Part shown: piece by piece, positions 16,912 to 25,446 of the stretch
Position numbering within the stretch: the first letter of the stretch is position 1
How the letters are laid out: the number at the start of each line of letters is the position of its first letter
Assembly: GCA_041690395.1 (NCBI GenBank)
Contig: JAWLHJ010000005.1
Coordinates: 82,364-146,363, forward strand
Direction of reading: 5' to 3'
DNA: 64,000 nucleotides
Source of the DNA: Longimicrobiales bacterium
GTDB lineage: Bacteria > Gemmatimonadota > Gemmatimonadetes > Longimicrobiales > Gaopeijiaceae
Notes under the pieces: model-generated
What the model saw: only the letters and a program-made list of their open reading frames with translations
Databases searched by the model: none
What the model was told of the DNA's origin: nothing
Made by a program: the position numbers and the translations under genes

Positions 16912-18763
16912 GACGTGGTTGCGAGCGCACTCTCGTCCCTCGGTTCGTCCGGTGCCATCTTCGTCCAGCACGCCCGTGTACTCATCTGAAGAGCTGTTCC
17001 TGGAATCCCCCGTGCCGACCTTGTTCCTCGGACGTGACGGCACGATTCAGGACCTCAATCCCGCTGGGCGGCGCCTGCTCGGGACGTCCCGAGAGCGCAT
17101 CCTCGGGCGCCCGATTCTGGGCTTCGTGGACGAGGACGATCGGCCTCGAGTGCGTGAGTTCTTCCTTCGGGCGCTGAAGGGTCAGACCCGCGAGTGGACC
17201 ACCCGCCTCCGGCGCGGCGACGGTACGGTGCGCGGACAGTGGGTAAAGGCCCTCCCCTCCGTGTCGGGTGGCTCGGTCGCCGGGGCTCTCGTCTTCTGTC
17301 GGGACCTCACGGAGTCCGGGGTGGGAAGCCCCGACCGCGACCAACTCGGGAGCCTGCTCGAGAACCTCCCCGGTCAGTTCACGGCGGTGCTGGGGCCGGA
17401 TGGAAGGATCCGCTATTCGGCGGGTCTGGCGAGGACCCACTTCCTTCAGGATACGGAGGCCGTGGGTGTCCCCTATGAGGATCTGCTTGGTGTCGACGAT
17501 CCCGCGGCGTCGGTGGAAGGGATGTTGAGGGCGGTGTCGGAGAGCGGGCGTTGGAGTGAGATCCAGTGGCACGCTCGCGTCGACGGGAGCCGACTCCCGG
17601 TCAGGGTCTTCGCCTGTCCCTACCTCGATCCCGCGGACGGACGTCACATCGGCGTTCTGCTCGCCGGACGTGACATCTCCAGTGAGATGAGCTGGAGGGA
17701 GCGTGCCGGGAAGGCCGCGTCTCTCGCAACTGTCGGCGAGATCTCTCAGAAGGCGGCCGAGGAGATTCGTTCGGGACTGACGATGCTGAAGAATGCCGGC
17801 TCCACACCGGACGGGTTCGCCGCCGTCATCGAGCGGAGCTGCGGCATCGCGGAGGCCATCGAGGAGCTCGCGGGCCTCCCCGTGGGCACGGAGGAAGTCG
17901 ACCTCTACGACGTCGTGTCGGAAGTCGTCACGGCGCTCCGGGTTCGTGCCCCCGATACGGGGCCTTCCGTCAAGCTTCACGAGCGCTCCGGAGAGGGGCG
18001 CCTCGTAGCGCGGGCGAGCAGAGTGGCCGTGGCCCGGGCGATCGGGGAGCTGCTGTCCAATGCTCTCGAAGCCACCGCGGCGCTGTCGGGCCCCCCACCC
18101 GTCGACGTCTCGGTGGAAGTGTCGGCTCGCAAGGTGGTCGTCCGGGTGGTGAGCGACCTCTCCGACACGGACCGGGAGGAGCTTCATCGTGCGTTCGAGC
18201 CGTTCTTCACCACGAGAGCCGGTCACCTGGGCCTGGGCTTGAATTTCGTCCGAAGCGTGGCGGTCTCCCACGATGGGCGGGCATGGTCCGAGATCGATGA
18301 GGCGGGGCGGGCGGTGTTCGCCATCCAGCTCCCGCTCTTCGGGGACGGCGCCGCCGGTAGGTTCCGACCGGCTCCTATCTCGGTTTCGCGAGACAGGACT
18401 GTGCTCATCGTCGACGACGAGGAGTCCGTCCGCGTCGCGCTACGACGATTCCTCGGGAAGGTCGGCTTCGAGGTACGGGAGGCGTGGAGCGGCCGCAGCG
18501 CTCTCGCTCAGATCACGGCGGGCCGTCCGCCGGAGATCCTCCTGACGGACATCCAGATGTCGGACGGAGCAGGGGACTGGCTGCTCGACCAGCTGGCGAG
18601 GGATTTCCCGGATCTCCTTCGGAAGACGTTGATCATCACGGGCGCGCCCGATGCCCCCGCGGTTCTATCCCTCGCGCGTCGGACCGGTTGCACCGTCGTG
18701 CCCAAGCCCCTGGATCTGGCGGGTCTCCTGGAGCTGGTGGACGAGCTGGCGGTCCGGGACTAG
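16910..18763 (+). CDS. PAS-PAS - degenerate kinase core - REC protein (probable pseudo-kinase)
   Basis: Two PAS modules, DHp-like helix with AAEEIRSGL (Glu where the H-box His is expected), N-box ELLSNALEA, G2 GHLGLGL but no DxGxG; REC with ILLTDIQMSDGAG. Confidence 0.75.
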   Translation: MTWLRAHSRPSVRPVPSSSSTPVYSSEELFLESPVPTLFLGRDGTIQDLNPAGRRLLGTSRERILGRPILGFVDEDDRPRVREFFLRALKGQTREWTTRLRRGDGTVRGQWVKALPSVSGGSVAGALVFCRDLTESGVGSPDRDQLGSLLENLPGQFTAVLGPDGRIRYSAGLARTHFLQDTEAVGVPYEDLLGVDDPAASVEGMLRAVSESGRWSEIQWHARVDGSRLPVRVFACPYLDPADGRHIGVLLAGRDISSEMSWRERAGKAASLATVGEISQKAAEEIRSGLTMLKNAGSTPDGFAAVIERSCGIAEAIEELAGLPVGTEEVDLYDVVSEVVTALRVRAPDTGPSVKLHERSGEGRLVARASRVAVARAIGELLSNALEATAALSGPPPVDVSVEVSARKVVVRVVSDLSDTDREELHRAFEPFFTTRAGHLGLGLNFVRSVAVSHDGRAWSEIDEAGRAVFAIQLPLFGDGAAGRFRPAPISVSRDRTVLIVDDEESVRVALRRFLGKVGFEVREAWSGRSALAQITAGRPPEILLTDIQMSDGAGDWLLDQLARDFPDLLRKTLIITGAPDAPAVLSLARRTGCTVVPKPLDLAGLLELVDELAVRD

Positions 18764-18772
18764 GAGCCTTCC

Positions 18773-18799
18773 TCAACTTCCCGGGCGAAGCGCCGAAAC
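18773..18799 (+). promoter_or_regulatory. sigma-28 (FliA)-type promoter candidate upstream of the che operon
   Basis: TCAA-N15-GCCGAAAC versus consensus TAAA-N15-GCCGATAA (3/4 and 6/8, exact spacing); 90 nt upstream of cheW ATG. Confidence 0.4.
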
Positions 18800-18889
18800 T
18801 TGTCCAGGAAGGCGGAGAGAACGGTCGGCACCGGTGGGTGGCTGGCCGGCTCGATGACCCATTCAACCTGAAGAGTGAGGCTCGTGGGG

Positions 18890-19405
18890 ATGTCTACGGC
18901 TCAAGAAGCGAGCGTGGTTGCGCGAAGGGAGCGAGGCGGCAAGTACCTCAGCTTCTTCCTCGACCGCGAAGAGTACGGGATCGAGATCCTGAGGGTCCGG
19001 GAGATCATCGGCCTGATGCCGATCACGTCGGTGCCCCGAACCCCGGAGTACCTCCGAGGCGTCATCAATCTGCGGGGCAAGGTGATCCCGATCATCGATC
19101 TCCGTCTCAAGTTCGACATGCCGGGCGTCGAGCATACGGAAGAGACGTGCATCATCGTCGTTCAGAGCGGGGAGGACTCGGTGGGCGCGGTGGTGGACAA
19201 GGTCTCGGAAGTCCTGGACATCACCGACGAGAACATCGTCGACGCGCCCTCGCTCGGGGCCGACGTGAACACCGACTACATCCTCGGGATCGGGAAGTCC
19301 GAGAGCGGCGTCAAGCTGCTCCTGGACATCGACAAGGTCCTGTCGTCGGTCGAGACCATCAGCATGACCAAGGGGTCCACCGTCGCCGAGATGGCTACGG
19401 TCTGA
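18890..19405 (+). CDS. cheW: chemotaxis coupling protein CheW
   Basis: ATG 18890 preceded by GAGG; KYLSFFLDREEYGIEILRVREIIG...VINLRGKVIPIIDLR is canonical CheW. Confidence 0.93.
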   Translation: MSTAQEASVVARRERGGKYLSFFLDREEYGIEILRVREIIGLMPITSVPRTPEYLRGVINLRGKVIPIIDLRLKFDMPGVEHTEETCIIVVQSGEDSVGAVVDKVSEVLDITDENIVDAPSLGADVNTDYILGIGKSESGVKLLLDIDKVLSSVETISMTKGSTVAEMATV

Positions 19406-19447
19406 TCCGGACGGTTCACATCCATCGCATCTCAGGAGAAGCGGAAA

Positions 19448-21496
19448 ATGTCCCAGCAGGGTAACACTGGACACGAGGGCACACAGACGGCCCGCAGGGA
19501 GTACCGTCCCGGCCAGATCAGCGTGACCGACCACTCCGTGCGTCAGCGCATCGAGTTCAACGGACTCACCGAAGACGACCTCGGCGTCGTGCAGGCGTGG
19601 GCGGCCGAATGCGAGGCCGCCCTCGACGGGCTCATCGATCGGTTCTACCAGCACGTCGGCCGGAACCCCGTGACCAAGGGGGTATTGGACGAGCACACGA
19701 CGGTCGCTCAGCAGCGTCCCCGGATCACGGCGTACCTCAAGACGTTCTTCACGGGCCGCATCGACGACCGGTACGTCGACTACCGACGCGTCGTCGGTGC
19801 ACGGCACGACGACATCGACCTCGACTCGAGTTGGTACGTCGCGATGTACGAGGTGATTCGCGACGGGCTGGTGCAGGCCGTAAAGGGCTCCGGCGCCACC
19901 CCCGAGGAGCTGTCGCGCTTCGGCGAAGCCCTCGGCAGACTCATCCAGGTGGACATCGGGTTGGTGGTCACGGCGCTGACGAACTCCCGCATGGCCAAGA
20001 TGCAGGTTCTCCAGGCGGAGATCGAAGGGCAGCTCCAGGCCATCGGCCGCTCCCAGGCCGCCATCGAGTTCGACCTCGAAGGGACGATCCTGACCGCGAA
20101 CGCGAACTTCCTGTCGGTCATGGGCTACTCCCTCGACGAGATCCGGGGCCAGCACCACAGCCTGTTCGTGGATCCGTCGCACGCCGCGAGTCCCGCGTAT
20201 TCCCAGTTCTGGGCCAAGCTGAACCGTGGTGAGTTCGAATCCGGTGAGTTCAAGCGTCTCGGCAAGAACGGCAAGGAGGTCTGGATCCAGGCTTCCTACA
20301 ACCCGGTCATGGGTGCCGATGGCAAGCCGGCGAAGGTGGTCAAGTACGCCACCGACATCACCGCGCGCCGGTACGCGACGGACCAGATTTCGGAGACCAT
20401 CGCGTCCCTGGCGGACGGAGACCTCTCGGCACGGGTGCCGGACGACGTGACCGGCGACTTCGAGGTGGTGGCGCGGTCCCTCAACGAAGCGATCCGCAGC
20501 CTCGATTCGAGCCTCGCCCAGGTGGCGGCGGCGGCCGAGCAGGTGTCGTCCGCTTCCGAGGAGATCAGCAGCGGAAGCCAGTCCCTCGCGCAGAGCACGT
20601 CGGAGCAGGCCAGCACGCTCGAGCAGGTCTCGAGCAGCCTGCAGGAGATGTCCTCGATGACGCAACAGAACACCTCCAACTCCCACGAGGCGAAGAGCCT
20701 GTCGGATGCCGCGAGGCAGTTCTCCGACAAGGGAATGGACTCGATGCGGAGGCTGTCCGAGGCGATGGATCGCATCAAGGCGTCGTCCGATCAGACCGCC
20801 AAGATCGTCAAGACCATCGACGAGATCGCGTTCCAGACCAACCTGTTGGCCCTCAACGCTGCCGTCGAAGCGGCGCGTGCGGGTGATGCGGGCAAGGGGT
20901 TCGCGGTCGTCGCGGAGGAGGTCCGAAACCTCGCCATGCGGAGCGCGGAGGCCGCGAAGGACACGGCTCAACTCATCGAGGAGTCGGTGGGCAACGCCGA
21001 GGGTGGCGTCGCCTTGAACCAGGAAGTGATGGGCAATCTCGAGGAGATCAGCGCGCAGGTTGGCAAGGTCAGCGAAGTCATGGCGGAGATCTCCGCCGCG
21101 TCTGAGCAGCAGTCCCAGGGCATCGAGCAGATCACGACGGCGGTCGAACAGATGAACCAGGTGACTCAGCAGTCCGCGGCGAACGCCGAGGAGTCGTCCA
21201 GCGCCGCGGAGGAGCTCTCCGGGCAGTCGGAGGAAATGCGCTCACTCGTGGGGCGCTTCCGGATTACCGGACAGCACGACGGGCACCAGCCGGGCTACGG
21301 AAACGCCCCGGTGTATGGAAACCAGGGTGGCTGGCAGGGCGACGGCGCCCGCCCCGGGCCCGGGGGGCGTGGGCAGAACCGGCCGGGATCCGAGCCCCCC
21401 GCACGTCGAAACGGCGCCACGAAGGGCCAGCCGGCCGGGGTCGGCGCGAGCCGTCTCTTGCCGTTCGACGACGACGCGGCCCTGGGAGACTTCTGA
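19448..21496 (+). CDS. soluble methyl-accepting chemotaxis protein: globin-coupled sensor + PAS + HAMP + MA domain
   Basis: No TM segment; protoglobin-like N-terminus (FYQHVGRNP...[19 protein letters not shown]), PAS ([34 protein letters not shown]), HAMP, signalling hairpin [38 protein letters not shown]; Gly/Pro/Gln-rich C-terminal tail. Confidence 0.88.
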   Translation: MSQQGNTGHEGTQTARREYRPGQISVTDHSVRQRIEFNGLTEDDLGVVQAWAAECEAALDGLIDRFYQHVGRNPVTKGVLDEHTTVAQQRPRITAYLKTFFTGRIDDRYVDYRRVVGARHDDIDLDSSWYVAMYEVIRDGLVQAVKGSGATPEELSRFGEALGRLIQVDIGLVVTALTNSRMAKMQVLQAEIEGQLQAIGRSQAAIEFDLEGTILTANANFLSVMGYSLDEIRGQHHSLFVDPSHAASPAYSQFWAKLNRGEFESGEFKRLGKNGKEVWIQASYNPVMGADGKPAKVVKYATDITARRYATDQISETIASLADGDLSARVPDDVTGDFEVVARSLNEAIRSLDSSLAQVAAAAEQVSSASEEISSGSQSLAQSTSEQASTLEQVSSSLQEMSSMTQQNTSNSHEAKSLSDAARQFSDKGMDSMRRLSEAMDRIKASSDQTAKIVKTIDEIAFQTNLLALNAAVEAARAGDAGKGFAVVAEEVRNLAMRSAEAAKDTAQLIEESVGNAEGGVALNQEVMGNLEEISAQVGKVSEVMAEISAASEQQSQGIEQITTAVEQMNQVTQQSAANAEESSSAAEELSGQSEEMRSLVGRFRITGQHDGHQPGYGNAPVYGNQGGWQGDGARPGPGGRGQNRPGSEPPARRNGATKGQPAGVGASRLLPFDDDAALGDF

Positions 21497-21627
21497 AGGC
21501 ATGGTCGGATCCGGTGCGGTGGCCGTGAGCCATCGCGCCGGACCCGGCGTCTTTCCCGCGAACCGTTCCGAGGGCCTGTGTGTGGCCCCGGGGTGGTCCA
21601 CCTAATCACGACATCGGGAGTCGCAGC

Positions 21628-22113
21628 ATGACCACGAACGGGATGGGCCAGGGGCGAGTGACGCCGGTCGCAGCGCCGGACAGCTGTCCGCTGCGGGCCC
21701 ACCGTGGTGGCCCGGGCGATGCGGTCCCCGTCCAGGGTGTCCGACGCTGGCTCCTCATCGCCGTGGGGTGGGCGGCAGTGGTCCTGGGAACCGTCGGGAT
21801 GTTCGTGCCGCTGCTTCCCACCACCTGCTTTCTCCTGACGGCGGCGTGGTGCTTCGGCAGGACGTCGCCGCGCTTCGACCGTTGGCTGCACGAGAATGGC
21901 CTGTTCGGTCGCTACCTGACGTCTTACCGAATCGAGCGCGCCGTACCGGCTCGCATCAAGCATGGCTCGTTGGTCGTGCTCTGGTCCTCGATGGCGGCTA
22001 CGGTGGTCCTGCTCACCCCTCCGATCTGGCTCCTGCTGACCCTGCTGGCCATCGCGGTCGCGGTATCCTGGCATGTCGGAGGCCTGCGCTCGCTTCCGGC
22101 TCGGTCGTCATGA
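21628..22113 (+). CDS. DUF454 (YbaN-like) inner-membrane protein
   Basis: ATG 21628 after GGGAG; VLGTVGMFVPLLPTTCFLLTAAWCFGRTSPRFDRWL is the DUF454 signature; stop overlaps cheR start (ATGA 22110-22113). Confidence 0.75.
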   Translation: MTTNGMGQGRVTPVAAPDSCPLRAHRGGPGDAVPVQGVRRWLLIAVGWAAVVLGTVGMFVPLLPTTCFLLTAAWCFGRTSPRFDRWLHENGLFGRYLTSYRIERAVPARIKHGSLVVLWSSMAATVVLLTPPIWLLLTLLAIAVAVSWHVGGLRSLPARSS

Positions 22114-22937
22114 AGACCGTGGCAGGGCGGCCCGAGTCGACCACCGATTCCCTCGAAGGCTGCTTCGAGACCATTCGCGACATCCTGTACGAGACCGCGG
22201 GCATCGCTCTCAACGAGGCGAAGCGGGAGCTCGTCCACTCCAGGCTCACGAAGCGCATTCGGCAGCTCGGTGGCGGGTCCATCAGGGAGTACGTGCGCTT
22301 CGTGCAGACCGAGGACGGTCGTGAGGAGCTCACGGAAATGGTCGACCTCCTGACCACGAACAAGACGAGCTTCTTCCGAGAGTCAGCGCACTTCGACCTG
22401 CTTCGGCGCATTCTGAAGGACCGAGGCACGTCGGGCCGGGGAATGACGATCTGGAGCGCGGGATGCTCGAGCGGGGAGGAGCCCTACACCCTGGCCATGG
22501 TGCTCGCCGAGTGCGGCCTGGCCGCCGGAAGTCGGATCCTCGCCACCGACCTCTCGGAGCGTGTCCTCGAGAAGGCACGGGCTGCGGAGTACGACGAGGA
22601 GCAGGTTCGACCCGTGCCGGCGCCGACCCGCCAGCGCTTCCTCGAGAAGGGATCGACGCCTGGCACGTTCGTGGTCTCGGAAGAGCTCGTGAGCATGGTC
22701 CGCTTCGGACGCCTGAACCTGATGGGTCCATGGCCGATGAAGGGCCCATTCGACCTCATTTTCTGTCGAAACGTCATGATCTACTTCGACGCGCCGACCC
22801 GACAGAAGCTGGTGCAGCGCTTCGAAGCGCTCCTGGCACCCGGTGGATTTCTCTTCGTGGGGCACTCGGAGAGCCTGACGTCCCTGGAGCATGGCCTGAC
22901 CTACGTCCAGCCGGCCGTCTACCGGAGATCGGCATGA
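22110..22937 (+). CDS. cheR: chemotaxis protein methyltransferase CheR
   Basis: TTNKTSFFRE, IWSAGCSSGEEPYTLAM, FDLIFCRNVMIYFD motifs. Confidence 0.93.
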   Translation: MKTVAGRPESTTDSLEGCFETIRDILYETAGIALNEAKRELVHSRLTKRIRQLGGGSIREYVRFVQTEDGREELTEMVDLLTTNKTSFFRESAHFDLLRRILKDRGTSGRGMTIWSAGCSSGEEPYTLAMVLAECGLAAGSRILATDLSERVLEKARAAEYDEEQVRPVPAPTRQRFLEKGSTPGTFVVSEELVSMVRFGRLNLMGPWPMKGPFDLIFCRNVMIYFDAPTRQKLVQRFEALLAPGGFLFVGHSESLTSLEHGLTYVQPAVYRRSA

Positions 22938-23482
22938 CCGGGGTGGCCCCCGAAATCTGCTCCACGTCCGCCGAGCCCAGACTCGTCGTGGGGATCGCCG
23001 ACCTGAAGGTGTCGTCGATCCCGTCGGAGACGCTCGTGACCTACGCGCTCGGAAGCTGCCTGGGCGTGTGCATCTACGACCCCGAGGCGCGGGTCGCGGG
23101 GATGTTGCACGCCATGCTGCCTTCGGGGAGGACGAACCCCGACAAGGCCAGGGAAAACCCCGCCCGCTTCATCGATACCGGCGTTCCCGCCCTCTTCAAG
23201 GCCGCCTATGCGTTAGGGGCCGTCAAGGAGCGGATCGTGGTGAAGGTGGCCGGCGGTGCCAGCATGGGCGGCCCCGAGCGGGAGGACGGCTTTCAGATCG
23301 GCAAGAGAAACTTCATCGAGCTCAAGAAGATCCTTTGGCGAAACGGCGTGCTCCTGACGGACCAGGATATCGGAGGGCACATATCCCGCACGGTCTCGTT
23401 CAGCGTCGAGACTGGTGAAGTGCGGGTCAAGGCGGGGGGGAGCGAATACCTCCTCGGTCGCCATTTCCCCCGCCGCGAATAG
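22934..23482 (+). CDS. cheD: chemoreceptor glutamine deamidase CheD
   Basis: ATGA overlap with cheR; LVTYALGSCLGVCIYDP...AGMLHAMLP and KVAGGASM motifs. Confidence 0.9.
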   Translation: MTGVAPEICSTSAEPRLVVGIADLKVSSIPSETLVTYALGSCLGVCIYDPEARVAGMLHAMLPSGRTNPDKARENPARFIDTGVPALFKAAYALGAVKERIVVKVAGGASMGGPEREDGFQIGKRNFIELKKILWRNGVLLTDQDIGGHISRTVSFSVETGEVRVKAGGSEYLLGRHFPRRE

Positions 23483-23503
23483 ATCCCGATCGGAGTGAAT
23501 ACG

Positions 23504-23932
23504 ATGGCGTTCAATGTCTTGGTCGTGGACGACAGCGCGGTGATGCGCTCGATGATCGTCCGCACGTTGAAGATGAGCGGTGTGCCGCTCCAGGAGATCC
23601 ACGAAGCGGCGAACGGGCGCGACGCGTTGTCGGTCCTGGCCGAACATTGGGTCGATCTGGCCCTGGTGGACATCAACATGCCCGTCATGAACGGGGAGCA
23701 GCTCATCGAAGAGGTTCGTAAGGATCCGGTCACCAGGGATCTGTCCGTCATCGTTGTCTCGACGGAGAGCAGCGAGGCCCGGATCGAGCGGATCCTGAGT
23801 TACGGTGCGCGCTTCGTGCACAAGCCGTTCACGGCGGAGTCGCTCCGCCAGACGATTCTCGGAGTCACAGGAATATCCGATGACCAATCTGCTTCAGTCG
23901 CGACTGCGCCAGGCGGCGAGTTCGACTTTTGA
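23504..23932 (+). CDS. cheY: chemotaxis response regulator CheY
   Basis: ATG 23504 after GGAG; single REC domain, VLVVDDS, LALVDINMPVMNG, VHKPF. Confidence 0.88.
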   Translation: MAFNVLVVDDSAVMRSMIVRTLKMSGVPLQEIHEAANGRDALSVLAEHWVDLALVDINMPVMNGEQLIEEVRKDPVTRDLSVIVVSTESSEARIERILSYGARFVHKPFTAESLRQTILGVTGISDDQSASVATAPGGEFDF

Positions 23933-24353
23933 GGACCTGGGGTTCGTGTTCCCCGAGGAAGATCTCGAAGACCATCAGGCTGCCGCGCCGCTGGCGTGGA
24001 GCGCGGTGGTGGCCTTTCGTGGGCCGGTGCACGGCACGCTGGAGATCCGGGTGTCGGACGGCGTGGCGGAACAGCTCGCCACGAACATGCTCGGCCTCGC
24101 GAGTCCGCCTGAAGGGAGCCTGAAGCGCGACGCCCTGGGTGAGATGGCGAACGTGGTGTGCGGCAACGTCGTACCGGCCCTGGGTAGCCCGGACGCCGTG
24201 TTCGACCTCGCGGCTCCCGATGTCACGGAGATCGCCACCGCCGCGGGTGCTCATCCCGTGGAGGGGGTCATCGCCCTGGCGTTCGGGGTCGAGAACGGGC
24301 GGGCCGAGGTGCGCTTGACCGTGAGCGAGGCTCCCGCGGGAGTCGGGTCGTGA
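23880..24353 (+). CDS. cheX: CheX/CheC-family CheY-P phosphatase-like protein
   Basis: ATG 23880; FEDLGFVF..., GTLEIRVS, LGEMANVVCGNV pattern; 53-nt overlap with cheY 3' end. Confidence 0.7.
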   Translation: MTNLLQSRLRQAASSTFEDLGFVFPEEDLEDHQAAAPLAWSAVVAFRGPVHGTLEIRVSDGVAEQLATNMLGLASPPEGSLKRDALGEMANVVCGNVVPALGSPDAVFDLAAPDVTEIATAAGAHPVEGVIALAFGVENGRAEVRLTVSEAPAGVGS

Positions 24354-25429
24354 TCAAGGTGCTGGTCGTCGACGACTCGGCCGTCGTCCGGAAGGTGCTC
24401 ACCGAGGAGTTGGCCAAGACGGGAGACATCGAGGTGGTGGGCACGGCGGTGGATCCGTACGTGGCTCGGGAGAAGATCTTCGAGCTCGAGCCGGACGTCA
24501 TCACGCTCGACATCGAGATGCCCCGAATGGACGGGCTTTCGTTCCTGGCCAAGCTGATGCGCCACCATCCGATGCCTGTGGTCGTCGTCAGCTCGGTGAC
24601 CCCGGACAACAGCGACACGGCTCTGCAGGCTATGCGGCTCGGAGCCGTGGAAGTCATTCCGAAGCCCAGCACTCAGTTCTCCGTGCCCGACGTCCGTCGA
24701 CAGCTCGCTCGAGCCATTCGGGCCGCGGCGAGCGCGAAGCTCATGCCCGGGCCCACGGAGAGCGTCACGACTCCCACCGAAGTGCGGTCCGGCCTGGATC
24801 GCTTCAGTACGACCCACAAGGTGATCGCGCTCGGTGCGTCGACGGGGGGGACGCGTGCTCTGGAGGACGTGCTCGTGCGCCTTCCTGCGGATATGCCAGG
24901 AATCGTGATCGTGCAGCATATGCCTCAGGGCTTCACGGGGTCCTTCGCCGGTCGGTTGAACGACCTGTGCGCCATCGAAGTGCGGGAGGCGAGTCATGGA
25001 GACCACGTCGTCCCCGGTCACTGTCTCATCGCGCCCGGTGGACGTCACATGCTGGTTCAGCGAAGCGGGGCCCAGGTCAAGGTGGCCGTCAAGGACGGCC
25101 CTCCCGTCAACCACCATCGTCCGTCCGTCGATGTGCTCTTCGACTCCGTCGCCCGCGAGGTCGGACGCAACGCCGTCGGCGCCCTCCTGACGGGTATGGG
25201 AGCCGACGGTGCGAAAGGACTCCTGCACATGCGTGAGTCCGGGGCTCATACGATGGCGCAGGATCGCGGCACTTCGGTGGTCTTCGGAATGCCTCGGGCC
25301 GCCATCGATCTCGGCGCCGCTGAGGACGTCGTCCCGCTGCAGGAGATCGCGAGCCGGCTGGTGGAAGCGGTTGCGAGCGACTCGGACGGTGCCCCGCGTG
25401 GGCTCCGCGCCGGTGCCTCTGCCTCATAG
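24350..25429 (+). CDS. cheB: protein-glutamate methylesterase CheB (REC + esterase)
   Basis: GTGA overlap; KVLVVDDSAVVRK, ITLDIEMPRMDG, GASTGG, IVQHMP, catalytic-domain motifs. Confidence 0.93.
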   Translation: MIKVLVVDDSAVVRKVLTEELAKTGDIEVVGTAVDPYVAREKIFELEPDVITLDIEMPRMDGLSFLAKLMRHHPMPVVVVSSVTPDNSDTALQAMRLGAVEVIPKPSTQFSVPDVRRQLARAIRAAASAKLMPGPTESVTTPTEVRSGLDRFSTTHKVIALGASTGGTRALEDVLVRLPADMPGIVIVQHMPQGFTGSFAGRLNDLCAIEVREASHGDHVVPGHCLIAPGGRHMLVQRSGAQVKVAVKDGPPVNHHRPSVDVLFDSVAREVGRNAVGALLTGMGADGAKGLLHMRESGAHTMAQDRGTSVVFGMPRAAIDLGAAEDVVPLQEIASRLVEAVASDSDGAPRGLRAGASAS

Positions 25430-25446
25430 ACGAAAGGAACGGGTTG

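Noticed and set aside
21440-21496. The C-terminal ...AALGDF of the MCP as a bona fide CheR/CheB-tethering pentapeptide.
   Set aside because: The terminal Phe and the preceding flexible arm fit, but the conserved Trp of the xWxxF motif is missing. It is mentioned only as a possibility within the MCP finding.
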